A stretch of DNA of 64,000 bases, taken from a virus. The notes beneath the pieces were generated by a model, which saw only the letters and a list, made by a program, of their open reading frames with translations, ran no database searches and was not told the DNA's origin. The DNA lies in the IMG/VR virus record IMGVR_UViG_3300009085_000027, positions 1 to 64,000 of that record; one strand, given 5' to 3'. The translations under genes were made by a program, and so were the position numbers. Positions 54,370 to 63,814 of the stretch are shown piece by piece (positions within the stretch are counted from its first letter, which is position 1; every line of letters starts with the position of its first letter).

Positions 54370-56952
54370 TCAGTAGGACTTGTCGTCTTTGGCTGCGGGG
54401 TCATAGGGGTCGGGTTGGAAACTCACGGCTCTGACGTCCTGGATCACGTTCTGTCCCGCAGCGTACTTCGATACTGGCACAACTTCCCTCGCCGCTGTGG
54501 CAGCTTTTCGCACCACCCAGGTCGAGTAGGACACGCCATCGGCATCCATCGAGAACAACTCCTTGACCCCCAGGGTGAGGAACAGATCAAGGGCGCGGTC
54601 GAAGCCCTGCTCCCGCAAGGTGTTGACCGCATTATCCACTGTTGGTTCTCGAGCCACGACGTAGAGGTCTAGTGTAGTAGCCATGTCCTCAAGATCAGCT
54701 ATGTAGTCCAGGACCCCAGCCTCAATCGCACCAGCGTATCGAGCGCCATTGATCAGCCTAGACATCAGTCTGTCCAAGACTGCGAAGTTCAGGGCGTAGG
54801 TGGAGTTCAGGTATGTAGAGACCCCGGCTTGTAGGGCCTCGTACTGCACAGCCCTGGAGCTCCGAACGGCGTAGGTCCAGGCCCCGGGCTCGTACAGCAC
54901 TGGATTGGACAGAGCCAGGCGCGAGGGGTCTACAGAAGAGATATCTGCGGTGTACGTGATCAGTCCAGGCGACACGAGGTCTAGGGTATCCCCGACTCTC
55001 ACGCCGCGAACCACGAAGTCACCAGATCCGGAGAGCTCGAACACCGAGAGTGAAGCCCGCTGCTCTGGCCCTGTGGGTAGGCCCAACGCCGTAGCACCGG
55101 TTCCGGCAAGTGCTGTGATCCCCGAAGTCGTCGTGGTGCCTCGGCTAGATACGGAGAGTACAGATGTGAACACCACAGTGCTCAGAGCGCTATCAGCACC
55201 CAGGAAACCGCGGTCCATGTCGATGAAGCCGTCACCCGCGACGACGACCCTGTAGTACCCGGTGTTGTCCGACAGGTCTGTGCCTATGGTTCGGACGCGC
55301 GCACCCACCGGTATCCCGGAGTAGTCCGGACCGATGTAGTAGTCCAAGACACCGGCGGTCGCCGGCGCATCCAGGACCAGGGTGTCGCCGTTGACCTCAA
55401 CGATGCCAAATACCGCGGAGTACGGCAGGCTCACGACGAGGCGCATCCCTGGAGTCACCAGAGCCGAGAAGTTGCGAGATGGGCTCACCACAGAGGTGGT
55501 GCCGCTAGCCACGAGGTCCACACCCTGGTCTCTTCGATCCCAGATCCGGGCTTCCTCCCCAATGAGCGAGGTCCTGACCCCGGTGAACTCAGCGAGGACC
55601 GTGTCGACCACCGAGGTGCCTGCCAAGGACGCGGACCGGGATATCACACCAGCCACGGTCGCCGCCGTGATGGGGCGGTACCTGCCCTCCACCAAACCAC
55701 CAAACGCCCAGCTCACAAACCGAAGCCGATCGGCCGTCGAGGCGTCCGTACGGAGCAAGCTGCTATCAGCCTCCGACTCGGACTGGAACACCAGCTGAGA
55801 GGTCGCAGCGTCCCAAGTTACGGACACCCCGGCCAGAATCGAGTCCAGCTTGGTCGCCGCGTCGGTGCCGGTGGCCCAAGGCGCCAGAGGAGCGCCGCCG
55901 GCATGGGGGTCTCCGCTGACCACACCAGCGAAGTCGAGGTAGAACGCCACCTCAGATGGCGCCGTGGGCCCCGAGGGGAAGCTCAGGGGCTGAGACCGCA
56001 CCTCGGCCCGGGAACTGCCGGGAAGGGCCACCACGGGCAGGGAGCTGGCCGTGTTGAGGCTCAGGGACAGAACCGTGCCAGGGTCGTAGTTGTACGGCGC
56101 CGAGACCAAACCCACGACGGAGGGCTCGAGCCCCGGGGAGTCGATAAATGCACCCGTAATGGAATCCCCTGTCTTGGGCATCAAGTCGGTCTCTGGGGAC
56201 CGGAAGGAAGACGCCTTGGTCATCAGGGTCCGCATGACCAAGAGGTCGAGCATGGCTTCCCGGCTCTCGGCGATAGCCGTGGGGCCTTCAAGGGTGCTCT
56301 GGAGCTCGTCGAGGCGATCCTGAATCTTGGACACAATGGTACGGACCGCTCGCTCCGGCAGTTTTACTGCGGCAAGGGCGGTGAGGGCGCCGGCGATGTT
56401 CTCGGCAAGAGTCTGGATCTGGTCGTGTCGATCCACGGCACTGGCCCAGGTCGTGGAGACCACGGCACGGAGCTCGTCAGCAGTCTCAATCACGACACCG
56501 GCATCCACGGTGTTCTTCACCAGCTCGGTGTTCACGAACTTTGAAATGCTTCGCCTGAACCTGTCCACAGCAGGCCCGATACTCCCTTGGATGCCACTGG
56601 ACCTGGAGTTGAGGCCCGCGGCCAGCTCCAGGGTTGCGGACTTCGCATTCACCAGCTCCGATGTGGAGTTGATCTTCTTAGACTGGCGTGTTGTGTTGGG
56701 TCCGGCATCTGTGATCCTGCTGAGATCACTGAGTTGCTCACTGACCAATGCCTTCAACCGGTTCTTGGCCAGGTAGATGGTATAGAAATAGGCATCCGGC
56801 CGAAGCAGGAGGGTGGTGGTCAGTAGGTCGTAGACCGAGCTGCGGAGATCTACGGTGTCTCTGGCCCCGGTACTGAGGCGGTTGGCTTTGACTTCGACGA
56901 GTAGGAAGCGGTTGATGCTGTCCTGCACCTCGGAGTCGGTGAACCCCGCCAT
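54370..56952 (-). CDS. putative virion structural protein
   Basis: 860 aa; helical termini and beta-rich middle with V..GD.L modules shared with the baseplate proteins. Confidence 0.65.
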   Translation of the reverse strand: MAGFTDSEVQDSINRFLLVEVKANRLSTGARDTVDLRSSVYDLLTTTLLLRPDAYFYTIYLAKNRLKALVSEQLSDLSRITDAGPNTTRQSKKINSTSELVNAKSATLELAAGLNSRSSGIQGSIGPAVDRFRRSISKFVNTELVKNTVDAGVVIETADELRAVVSTTWASAVDRHDQIQTLAENIAGALTALAAVKLPERAVRTIVSKIQDRLDELQSTLEGPTAIAESREAMLDLLVMRTLMTKASSFRSPETDLMPKTGDSITGAFIDSPGLEPSVVGLVSAPYNYDPGTVLSLSLNTASSLPVVALPGSSRAEVRSQPLSFPSGPTAPSEVAFYLDFAGVVSGDPHAGGAPLAPWATGTDAATKLDSILAGVSVTWDAATSQLVFQSESEADSSLLRTDASTADRLRFVSWAFGGLVEGRYRPITAATVAGVISRSASLAGTSVVDTVLAEFTGVRTSLIGEEARIWDRRDQGVDLVASGTTSVVSPSRNFSALVTPGMRLVVSLPYSAVFGIVEVNGDTLVLDAPATAGVLDYYIGPDYSGIPVGARVRTIGTDLSDNTGYYRVVVAGDGFIDMDRGFLGADSALSTVVFTSVLSVSSRGTTTTSGITALAGTGATALGLPTGPEQRASLSVFELSGSGDFVVRGVRVGDTLDLVSPGLITYTADISSVDPSRLALSNPVLYEPGAWTYAVRSSRAVQYEALQAGVSTYLNSTYALNFAVLDRLMSRLINGARYAGAIEAGVLDYIADLEDMATTLDLYVVAREPTVDNAVNTLREQGFDRALDLFLTLGVKELFSMDADGVSYSTWVVRKAATAAREVVPVSKYAAGQNVIQDVRAVSFQPDPYDPAAKDDKSY

Positions 56953-56954
56953 AC

Positions 56955-57401
56955 CTATTCCTCCTTGATGGAGTTGTTCAGCTTCTGGATATCGTCGCGC
57001 TTGAGCCGGGTCGCGGCGTCGCGAATCTGTTTGGAGTCCAGATCAAGGAGCATGCAGATATGCTTGAATGTGTAGCGACCATCCTCATCCATGGATTCTT
57101 CGCCATCCCAGAACAACCAACCCGCGGCATCCTCGGCCAGGCCGTGGCGCTCGGGGTCCTTCTTGGGGTCGCAGTCCCGGTATAGGGCGAAGTCCCAGAC
57201 CGCTCGTCTGACTATGGCGACGAGCAGGCGTTGGGTTGGGGTTGGTTGGGGTCCTCGATCTTTGGACCAGTCGACGTCTACAGAGACACTATGAGACGAC
57301 GACGGATACGACCCCTCCAGCGATGCCGGTGTCTGGGATGCGTACGATCGATGTGTCTTTGCGCGTGACACGGAGAGTCGTTGAGCCTGCAGAAAGTCCA
57401 T
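56955..57401 (-). CDS. hypothetical protein (phage-type helical domain)
   Basis: LLVAIVRRAVWD..AGWLF..FKHICMLLDLD..IR; nearest ATG lies inside the upstream gene. Confidence 0.55.
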   Translation of the reverse strand: MDFLQAQRLSVSRAKTHRSYASQTPASLEGSYPSSSHSVSVDVDWSKDRGPQPTPTQRLLVAIVRRAVWDFALYRDCDPKKDPERHGLAEDAAGWLFWDGEESMDEDGRYTFKHICMLLDLDSKQIRDAATRLKRDDIQKLNNSIKEE

Positions 57402-58203
57402 GGAGTGTGAGAGTACCTGTCTCGACCGTAACTGTCGCAATGCTGGTGTCGTCGACAGCGTACTTCACATCCTCAGTCGCTGTCCCGGTTAGTGTGCGGA
57501 AATCAGACGCCACGAGCTCTGGGACCAGGACAAGGCTACCACCAACACCCAGTGTCCAGGGACCTACTGGGTCGAACTCTACAACAGCAACAACGGGAAA
57601 CAACAAATCATTGAGGTTGACTGCGCTTCGGTCTGGGACGGCGATCTCGCGTTGAACGTTCTCCTGGCTCTCTACAGTGGCTAGGTACTTCCCGAATCGG
57701 AAGAGATCAACACTGGCGTACCCGGTATTGTCCGTACGGATCGCAACTCGTTCGCCGAGAACTCCGATCCCATCGACAATCAAGGGGTTGAAGCACGGGA
57801 TGAGATGGATGTCGATCCCGCGGCGGGGGATGCCATTGGGCCCGTAGATGTAGCCGGAAGCTCGACACAACCTGGGGTTGGTGGCTTGGGGCAAAACAAA
57901 CGTCGTTGCTGTGACCAGGAAGTTGTTGGCCCCTGTTGGTGCCAACGCCGCTGGGGAGTAGACCTCGATGTACTGTGGCGAAACCACAGATCCACCCGAG
58001 ACGTAGAACCTGAGTTGGTAAGACACCGGGGAGGCATCGCCGTTGAGGGTGAACATCACCTTGCCTGGCAGATACGACCCCGTGGTTCCCTCCGTGATGA
58101 ACGTGGTCCCGGTGTCATCGAAGACCCTGACTACGACGCCATCCACTGGCTGCGGGGTCAGTTGATCGTCCTGGGCGCTTACCACTACGGTTTCGAGGGC
58201 CAT
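57289..58203 (-). CDS. virion protein with transthyretin-like and Ig-like (Big_2) domains
   Basis: PVDGVVVRV, TDNTGYA, DDTSIATV..LHGLSAGSTTLRVT. Confidence 0.7.
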   Translation of the reverse strand: MALETVVVSAQDDQLTPQPVDGVVVRVFDDTGTTFITEGTTGSYLPGKVMFTLNGDASPVSYQLRFYVSGGSVVSPQYIEVYSPAALAPTGANNFLVTATTFVLPQATNPRLCRASGYIYGPNGIPRRGIDIHLIPCFNPLIVDGIGVLGERVAIRTDNTGYASVDLFRFGKYLATVESQENVQREIAVPDRSAVNLNDLLFPVVAVVEFDPVGPWTLGVGGSLVLVPELVASDFRTLTGTATEDVKYAVDDTSIATVTVETGTLTLHGLSAGSTTLRVTRKDTSIVRIPDTGIAGGVVSVVVS

Positions 58204-58215
58204 GGGAAGAGCCTA
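58204..58215 (-). promoter_or_regulatory. -10 element of leaderless promoter
   Basis: TAGGCT, 6 nt, ATG. Confidence 0.5.
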
Positions 58216-58225
58216 TCTCAGTCGG

Positions 58226-58882
58226 TCAGTGGGACAAAGCAGCGGCTGGGGCGAACCTATCAATGGCTCGCTCCATCAGCTTCTTCCCTGCCAGTGATGC
58301 TGGGCTAATCCCTGGCACGGGGACTGGTTGAAGCGGGATCTGTTCGGGGTTTCGGATCAAGGCCTTTCCACCGGTACGTACGGCCTTCTTCAGTGGGGCC
58401 GGTATACCAGCGGTGGCCTTGTGTAGTTTGCGCTCCAGCGGGGCTTCTACCCTCCGCATCCCACGAGTCACTGACTTCTGCAGCCTGGCCAGCTCCTCTG
58501 GGCTTCGGTGTTTCATCAGAAGTCTTGGTGTGGACTTGATCACCTTACCGACACCAGGGAGGTCCTCGACATCCGTAGCAGCTAGTCGGGTCAGGCGCTC
58601 AATCAGTGCAAGTTTGTCGGCACTGTACTTGTCATTCGGCAGCTGGGGGTCGTAGTTCGTAGTCATCCGACTCATCGGGGGTCGGGCGTAGGAAGACCGC
58701 GGTGGTCTGTCCTGCGCGTTCTGTTGCCGAGGCCTAGTGCTGTCGGTGTCGTACACCGTTTTATTCAGACCAGCACGGCGATCTCTGGACAAAGGGTCCT
58801 TGCTGTTGAGTTCGGCGTTGTTGCTCTCCACCGCTTCCATCACGTTCTTGGCGAAGGACCGAAAGATGGGCTGTTCAATCAT
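58226..58882 (-). CDS. basic hypothetical protein
   Basis: 218 aa; ATGA-coupled to the helicase gene; DKLAL motif. Confidence 0.6.
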   Translation of the reverse strand: MIEQPIFRSFAKNVMEAVESNNAELNSKDPLSRDRRAGLNKTVYDTDSTRPRQQNAQDRPPRSSYARPPMSRMTTNYDPQLPNDKYSADKLALIERLTRLAATDVEDLPGVGKVIKSTPRLLMKHRSPEELARLQKSVTRGMRRVEAPLERKLHKATAGIPAPLKKAVRTGGKALIRNPEQIPLQPVPVPGISPASLAGKKLMERAIDRFAPAAALSH

Positions 58883-60345
58883 GGGGCCTCAGCTGCGAGC
58901 AGTTCTCGGACCTGTTGGTTCAACTGGTCCTTGTTTGCAGACATCGTACGCAGGTACTCGTCGACACCACCAGGTCGCTTGGCCCCAAAGAACTTCTTGA
59001 TACCCCTGGGATTGGGGAGGGTGCTGACGTAGTGCTCGACATCCACGGTACGTTGGTCCTCGGGGAGCTTGGCATGGGACTGATACCGAATACCGCGGCC
59101 GATCACCTGCTCGAGCTTTTCCTTATTCCAGTGTGGATCCAGGACTTGAATCTGTCTGGTTCCTTTGAGATCCAGGCCCTCGCCACCGGCACTGCTCAGG
59201 AGAAGGGCTCGGAGTTTCCCAGCGTTGTAAGCGTCCACGGTCTCCTGGCGCTGACGCTTTGCCATGGCCCCAGTGAACTTTCCGTACGGGATGTTCTTGG
59301 CCTTCAGCATCGACTCATACGGCGAGATCCCTGACTCCAAGAAGTTGGAGTAGACCAAGGCCTTGTGCTCCGGGTTCTTCTCGATGGCCTTGCTCAACCT
59401 GGTAAATGCCTCTTGCATCTTGGGGCTGAGCTTCGCGGCTCCTTCGGGATCGATGCCTTCGACGAATCCACCCGGTGACACCGCCACCTGGCGGGCCGCA
59501 CCGAGGAAGGCATTGAGCTGCTTGGACTCCGCCTTGGACGGCGGCAATCCGCGCTTGACCTTGCGACGCACCCAGGCCGGGGCCTGACCCATCAAGGACT
59601 CGTAGACCTCCCGCTGCTTATCCCCCATGGTGGTCTCCACCACAGTGTCCTTGCGGGTTGGGAAATCCGGACCAGCGACGTTCTCGTGGTAGTCCACCCA
59701 CTTCTTCAGCGCCTTGCCCAGCTCCGCCTTGTTCTTGAGCTCGGGAATACTACCCGGCTTGATGCCACGGAAGACACGATCAATAAGACCGGGGTTCACC
59801 TGTCGAGACCCTATGTAGCGGTTCTCGAACTCAGCCCTGTCCTGCGGGAACACCGAATCACCAGCCGCGACATTGACGAGGCTGGCCAGGTCATAAGGTC
59901 GGTTGTAAAGCGGGGTTCCGGTGAGAAGTAGGCGTTTCTTCGCCGTCGACTTGCGAGCTGCGTGCTGAGCCTTGGTTCCTGGGTCCCGCAGCCTATGGGC
60001 CTCATCGATCACCAAGAGATCTCCCCCAGGTAGTTCTCCGGAACGCGAGGCACGTTGAAGACTCTCCACCTTGTACTTGGCGTGGTCCTCACCGAGATGC
60101 TTTGCCATCTCCTTTCGGTAGTTGGCCTGCAAGGCCGCAGGAACCACCACCGTAGCCGGACCACCCAGCTCCTCTGCAGCAGCCAGGCTGCTCAGGGTCT
60201 TCCCGGACCCAACGCCATGGGCCACGACCAATCCGGGCTGAGACTTGATCCGCTGAACCACCCTCTTCTGGTGGGGTTTCAGCTCTGTGATTACTTCAGC
60301 CGTCTTCTCTGCGATTAGGCGAAGCGCGATTCGTACTGGGTCCAT
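58879..60345 (-). CDS. SNF2-family helicase/ATPase
   Basis: HGVGSGKT, VVVPAAL, DEAH, LTGTP, GGEGLDL, DPHWN..EQVIGRGIR. Confidence 0.9.
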   Translation of the reverse strand: MDPVRIALRLIAEKTAEVITELKPHQKRVVQRIKSQPGLVVAHGVGSGKTLSSLAAAEELGGPATVVVPAALQANYRKEMAKHLGEDHAKYKVESLQRASRSGELPGGDLLVIDEAHRLRDPGTKAQHAARKSTAKKRLLLTGTPLYNRPYDLASLVNVAAGDSVFPQDRAEFENRYIGSRQVNPGLIDRVFRGIKPGSIPELKNKAELGKALKKWVDYHENVAGPDFPTRKDTVVETTMGDKQREVYESLMGQAPAWVRRKVKRGLPPSKAESKQLNAFLGAARQVAVSPGGFVEGIDPEGAAKLSPKMQEAFTRLSKAIEKNPEHKALVYSNFLESGISPYESMLKAKNIPYGKFTGAMAKRQRQETVDAYNAGKLRALLLSSAGGEGLDLKGTRQIQVLDPHWNKEKLEQVIGRGIRYQSHAKLPEDQRTVDVEHYVSTLPNPRGIKKFFGAKRPGGVDEYLRTMSANKDQLNQQVRELLAAEAP

Positions 60346-60347
60346 GG

Positions 60348-61310
60348 CTATGACGTTCTGATCGCGAAGTCCACAACAGGTTCTTGAATACCGAACTCGT
60401 CCTCCACGACCAGACTAGGATCCAAAAGATCAACACTGTCACCTGTGGTTGGAATCTGAAGTCTACGAACAAACCCGGTGCCATCGACCGACATGTCGAG
60501 AGTCATACCGCGAAGCAGCCTGATCTCTGCATAGCCATTGGTATCGGTAGCGACTTGTGAGTAGTGACGGAAAATACCCCAGCGCCTGGAGTCATCCATC
60601 ACAGTGTTGGGTAGGAACGGGTTCGAGAACGTGATGCAGCGACCAACCAGGGGAGACCCCGAGAGGTCGCAGAGCCGGAGGAAACAAGGAATGGTCTGGT
60701 CCGAAGAGACGGACTGTGCGTGTAGGGCTGGGAATGGAACCCCGACGCCAGAAGTCTGGAGCGTGACGTGGTGGAGGAACTCGACGCGGTACCAGTAGTC
60801 GCGGTGGCTGTTCTGGTCGGTGTAGAGGTAGTCGTGGACACCGGCTAGCAGGATGCTGTCAGCGTCCTTACCAATGGCGCAGTCCCCCTCCACAAACCCC
60901 AGAGATGGGTTGGCATCCCCGGACAGTATCTCGATGCTCCCCAGTCTTCCGGTGAGCACGGAGGTCAGCTGCAGGGCCCCGCCGACGTCGGTGGCTACAA
61001 CCAACGGGGTCGCCAGTGTGATAGCAGCGACGACCTGGGCGGTGCTCACCGGGTCTGGATCGGTGAAGGTCACGTTGATATCACTGACCCCATTGACCTT
61101 GAAGCTCAGGGTCCTGCCATTGATCTGATGGGGCTCTACGCTACTGCCGAGTAGGACGGCGGCTGATGGGTACGTCGTGGTGACCGGCTCGTAGAGTCCG
61201 TACTGCCCCGACCGGCTACGATGCCACCTGAGTCGGCTATAGGTGGCCAGAGCCAAGGAGATCTCGGCCACGAAGTACTTGAGCTGGATGAGTTGGTTGG
61301 TGACTGCCAT
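60348..61310 (-). CDS. putative virion structural protein
   Basis: Beta-rich; TDTNGYAEI motif like that of 57289-58203. Confidence 0.6.
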   Translation of the reverse strand: MAVTNQLIQLKYFVAEISLALATYSRLRWHRSRSGQYGLYEPVTTTYPSAAVLLGSSVEPHQINGRTLSFKVNGVSDINVTFTDPDPVSTAQVVAAITLATPLVVATDVGGALQLTSVLTGRLGSIEILSGDANPSLGFVEGDCAIGKDADSILLAGVHDYLYTDQNSHRDYWYRVEFLHHVTLQTSGVGVPFPALHAQSVSSDQTIPCFLRLCDLSGSPLVGRCITFSNPFLPNTVMDDSRRWGIFRHYSQVATDTNGYAEIRLLRGMTLDMSVDGTGFVRRLQIPTTGDSVDLLDPSLVVEDEFGIQEPVVDFAIRTS

Positions 61311-61312
61311 GG

Positions 61313-61519
61313 CTACTCGTCATCGGGGTGGAATGAGGAATCCTCGGGATCGAACAGCGTGTTGGTACTAGGCACATCTGTGATGACGGCGGAGTCCAGG
61401 ACTGGGGACGAGACTTCGACGAGGTCTCCAGCCACGATCTGAAGTGTGAACCTCGGGTTGAGGTCGGAGGACACCACAATACCCTGGCGGGCCAGACCTC
61501 CTGTGAGTGTGGTCATCAC
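61313..61519 (-). CDS. small hypothetical protein
   Basis: GTGA-coupled; fills the gap. Confidence 0.45.
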   Translation of the reverse strand: MMTTLTGGLARQGIVVSSDLNPRFTLQIVAGDLVEVSSPVLDSAVITDVPSTNTLFDPEDSSFHPDDE

Positions 61520-61995
61520 AGTATTGGGGCCTTTCGCTTGGTCTGTACGCCGGGCTGGGTCGTGACCGGGTCGGTGGGTGGCCCCTCGTCAGACTCCAGG
61601 GGCCAGCGCTGGAGGGTCGTGGTGCCGTCATCGTCGTAGAGCACGAGCTCCTGGGCTGTGAGGTCCACCTCCAGACGGTTCACAGCGGTCTTCTGCAGCA
61701 AGGCCACTGCCTTGAGGGGGTCGTACTCCCCGACCTCCACGAAGGCCTCCATGACGTCCTGGAACGGGGTGGTGACGGTGAGATACCAGCGGCCTGCGTC
61801 GTTCGGTGTGAACTCCACGGTGTAGTACCCGCTCCCAACCTCGGACACCACCACGGGTTGGGCCGAGACGGCATCTTCGAGGATCAGAGTCTTGGTGAAT
61901 GCGGCGTTGAGTAGTCCGGTGACTGGTGTGATGCCGTCGACATCAGTGACCAAGAACGGGATCTTGACAGGTTCATTGACGCCTGCAGTGAACAT
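61516..61995 (-). CDS. putative virion protein (Ig-like)
   Basis: EVGSGYYTVEFTPNDAGRWYL. Confidence 0.6.
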   Translation of the reverse strand: MFTAGVNEPVKIPFLVTDVDGITPVTGLLNAAFTKTLILEDAVSAQPVVVSEVGSGYYTVEFTPNDAGRWYLTVTTPFQDVMEAFVEVGEYDPLKAVALLQKTAVNRLEVDLTAQELVLYDDDGTTTLQRWPLESDEGPPTDPVTTQPGVQTKRKAPIL

Positions 61996-62010
61996 GGCTG
62001 TAGTCTACCA
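61996..62010 (-). promoter_or_regulatory. extended -10 leaderless promoter
   Basis: TGgTAGACT, 6 nt, ATG. Confidence 0.6.
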
Positions 62011-62034
62011 GGTCATGGCTGGGCGGGGCAGCCC

Positions 62035-62724
62035 TCAGCGATAGCCCCGAGCCATGAGGTACTCGAACAGCTCAGTTCCGGGGTCGGACTTCGATGCCGA
62101 GACATGGAAGTGGCCGAGCACACCCCTGAAACGGGCGAGCTCAGCCGGGCGCAACGTACCTGTCCGGAGCTTCCCATCGATCCCGATCGGGACACGCCTG
62201 GGGATACTGGGTACAGCGGCGGTCACGGTGTTGAGCAGTGTGGTGTAGGCCTCGAGCTGTTTAGGGTAGAAATGGGCGAGCTCCCGCTTCTTGCCATGCA
62301 GCACGGTTTGGTAGGTGCCTCGGTTGAGACCACGGGGTGGAGGGGCATCTCGTCCTGGACCCGTGAAACCGTAGCAGACGGCCTCACAACCAAAGCTACG
62401 CTTGTTGACCGTGCCAGCATCAAAGGTGTCAATGAGCATGGGATCACAGAACTGCCAAATCACGCTGTCTGCGTCGAGCCCGAACTCGACCCCCAGTTCT
62501 CGGTTGTCCAGCACACGCACAAGCGTCTCGATGTCATTCTCCCCGCCGGTCCAGTGGCAGACGAAGAGGTCCGGTACAATCTTTGGTGACCTGCGTCGTG
62601 AACCCTCTCCGACCTTGAAGTCAATACCGCTGTCAGCAAACTGCACGACGGGCCAGTTGCAGACGTACTTCTTGCCGCCAATGATCAGATAGTCGCGCTT
62701 CGGGTACTTCTCGTGATCAAACAT
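62035..62724 (-). CDS. endolysin, N-acetylmuramoyl-L-alanine amidase (Amidase_2-like)
   Basis: VCHWTG, NKRSFGCE, GHFHV..KSDPG; TGATG overlap with patatin. Confidence 0.8.
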   Translation of the reverse strand: MFDHEKYPKRDYLIIGGKKYVCNWPVVQFADSGIDFKVGEGSRRRSPKIVPDLFVCHWTGGENDIETLVRVLDNRELGVEFGLDADSVIWQFCDPMLIDTFDAGTVNKRSFGCEAVCYGFTGPGRDAPPPRGLNRGTYQTVLHGKKRELAHFYPKQLEAYTTLLNTVTAAVPSIPRRVPIGIDGKLRTGTLRPAELARFRGVLGHFHVSASKSDPGTELFEYLMARGYR

Positions 62725-63611
62725 CACCACCCCGCGTCAACGGCGTCAGAGTAGCCGCGCTTCATGTTGGTCCTGATGCTGGAAGGGCTGAAGTCCAGGG
62801 GATCACCAAGGGAAGACTTAGGTCGAAGTACACGGACCTTGATCTCAGCCTTATCCGGAGCAGACCCGGTCTTCGCCAGTCGGTTGTAGAGTTCCACGAC
62901 CTTGAGATCCCAGTACTCGATCTCAAAGATTGCGGCCTCGAGACTACGGATGCCGACATCAACTCCGGTGCGTGGTCTCGAAGGTTCTGGTGTCGACGGA
63001 GAGCACATCAAGACGTCGATCTCCGTGGCTCCGGCGAGAATGGCGGATTCCACAGGGGTGACCTCGCGAACACCATCGTCGGTGTAGAGCCCGTACCCGA
63101 TTGGAACCGGCGGAAAAGCCACGGGTACAGCGGCAGAAGCCAACACGGCGTGACGAAGCTCGAAGACATCACCCTGGTCCCACTGATGGGAAGACCCCGT
63201 GATGAGATCTACGGCACCGACCCTAAGCTCTCTTCCGCTAGCCAGCACCGCTATGGGATCCAGGTTCTTCACAATCAGATTCCACAACGGGTCAGTGGAA
63301 TACATCGAAGTCTTACCACCGAGCCAGGATGGCAAAACAACAGGAAGCCTGCCGAGTAGTCCCCACCACCACCTCTTGTAGATCGAGCGATTCCCGCGAA
63401 TGCCCAACCACAGAGCACGTAGACCCGCCACGGCTTTGGCCTCTTCACCAACCCTGTATTGGGCCAGGGCCGCGGCATTGAGAGCTCCTACACTGGTCCC
63501 AGTCACCACGCCGTACGCCGCGTCACCCTCGACGAGTCGTTGTAGCGCGCCGACCTGCCAAGCCCCCTTGGCGCCCCCACCACTCAGAACCAGCCCACGC
63601 GTTTTGGACAT
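62724..63611 (-). CDS. patatin-like phospholipase
   Basis: LVLSGGGAKG, GTSVG, ASAAVP, TDDG. Confidence 0.9.
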   Translation of the reverse strand: MSKTRGLVLSGGGAKGAWQVGALQRLVEGDAAYGVVTGTSVGALNAAALAQYRVGEEAKAVAGLRALWLGIRGNRSIYKRWWWGLLGRLPVVLPSWLGGKTSMYSTDPLWNLIVKNLDPIAVLASGRELRVGAVDLITGSSHQWDQGDVFELRHAVLASAAVPVAFPPVPIGYGLYTDDGVREVTPVESAILAGATEIDVLMCSPSTPEPSRPRTGVDVGIRSLEAAIFEIEYWDLKVVELYNRLAKTGSAPDKAEIKVRVLRPKSSLGDPLDFSPSSIRTNMKRGYSDAVDAGW

Positions 63612-63625
63612 GACCCAGGCTACCA
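63612..63625 (-). promoter_or_regulatory. extended -10 leaderless promoter
   Basis: TGgTAGCCT, 5 nt, ATG. Confidence 0.55.
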
Positions 63626-63651
63626 TGCCTGCTGCCAGCCCCAGAACACCC

Positions 63652-63771
63652 CTACCTGGGCTTGGGCACAACTACCTTGTGGCTGGACACAAACTGAACC
63701 TTGATGGTTTTCTTCGGAGGTTCCGGTGTCAGGTCCCGTACCTTGGGTTTGGACTTCGACTTCTTACCCAT
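63652..63771 (-). CDS. 39-aa Lys-rich peptide
   Basis: MGKKSKSKPKVRDLTPEPPKKTIKVQFVSSHKVVVPKPR; TATAGT upstream. Confidence 0.4.
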   Translation of the reverse strand: MGKKSKSKPKVRDLTPEPPKKTIKVQFVSSHKVVVPKPR

Positions 63772-63814
63772 TCATCACCCAGCCCTTTACAGACTATACA
63801 ACAACCCGATGTGG

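Noticed and set aside
62724-63611. Patatin as part of a CBASS operon
   Set aside because: No CD-NTase or cap2/cap3 gene nearby within the window
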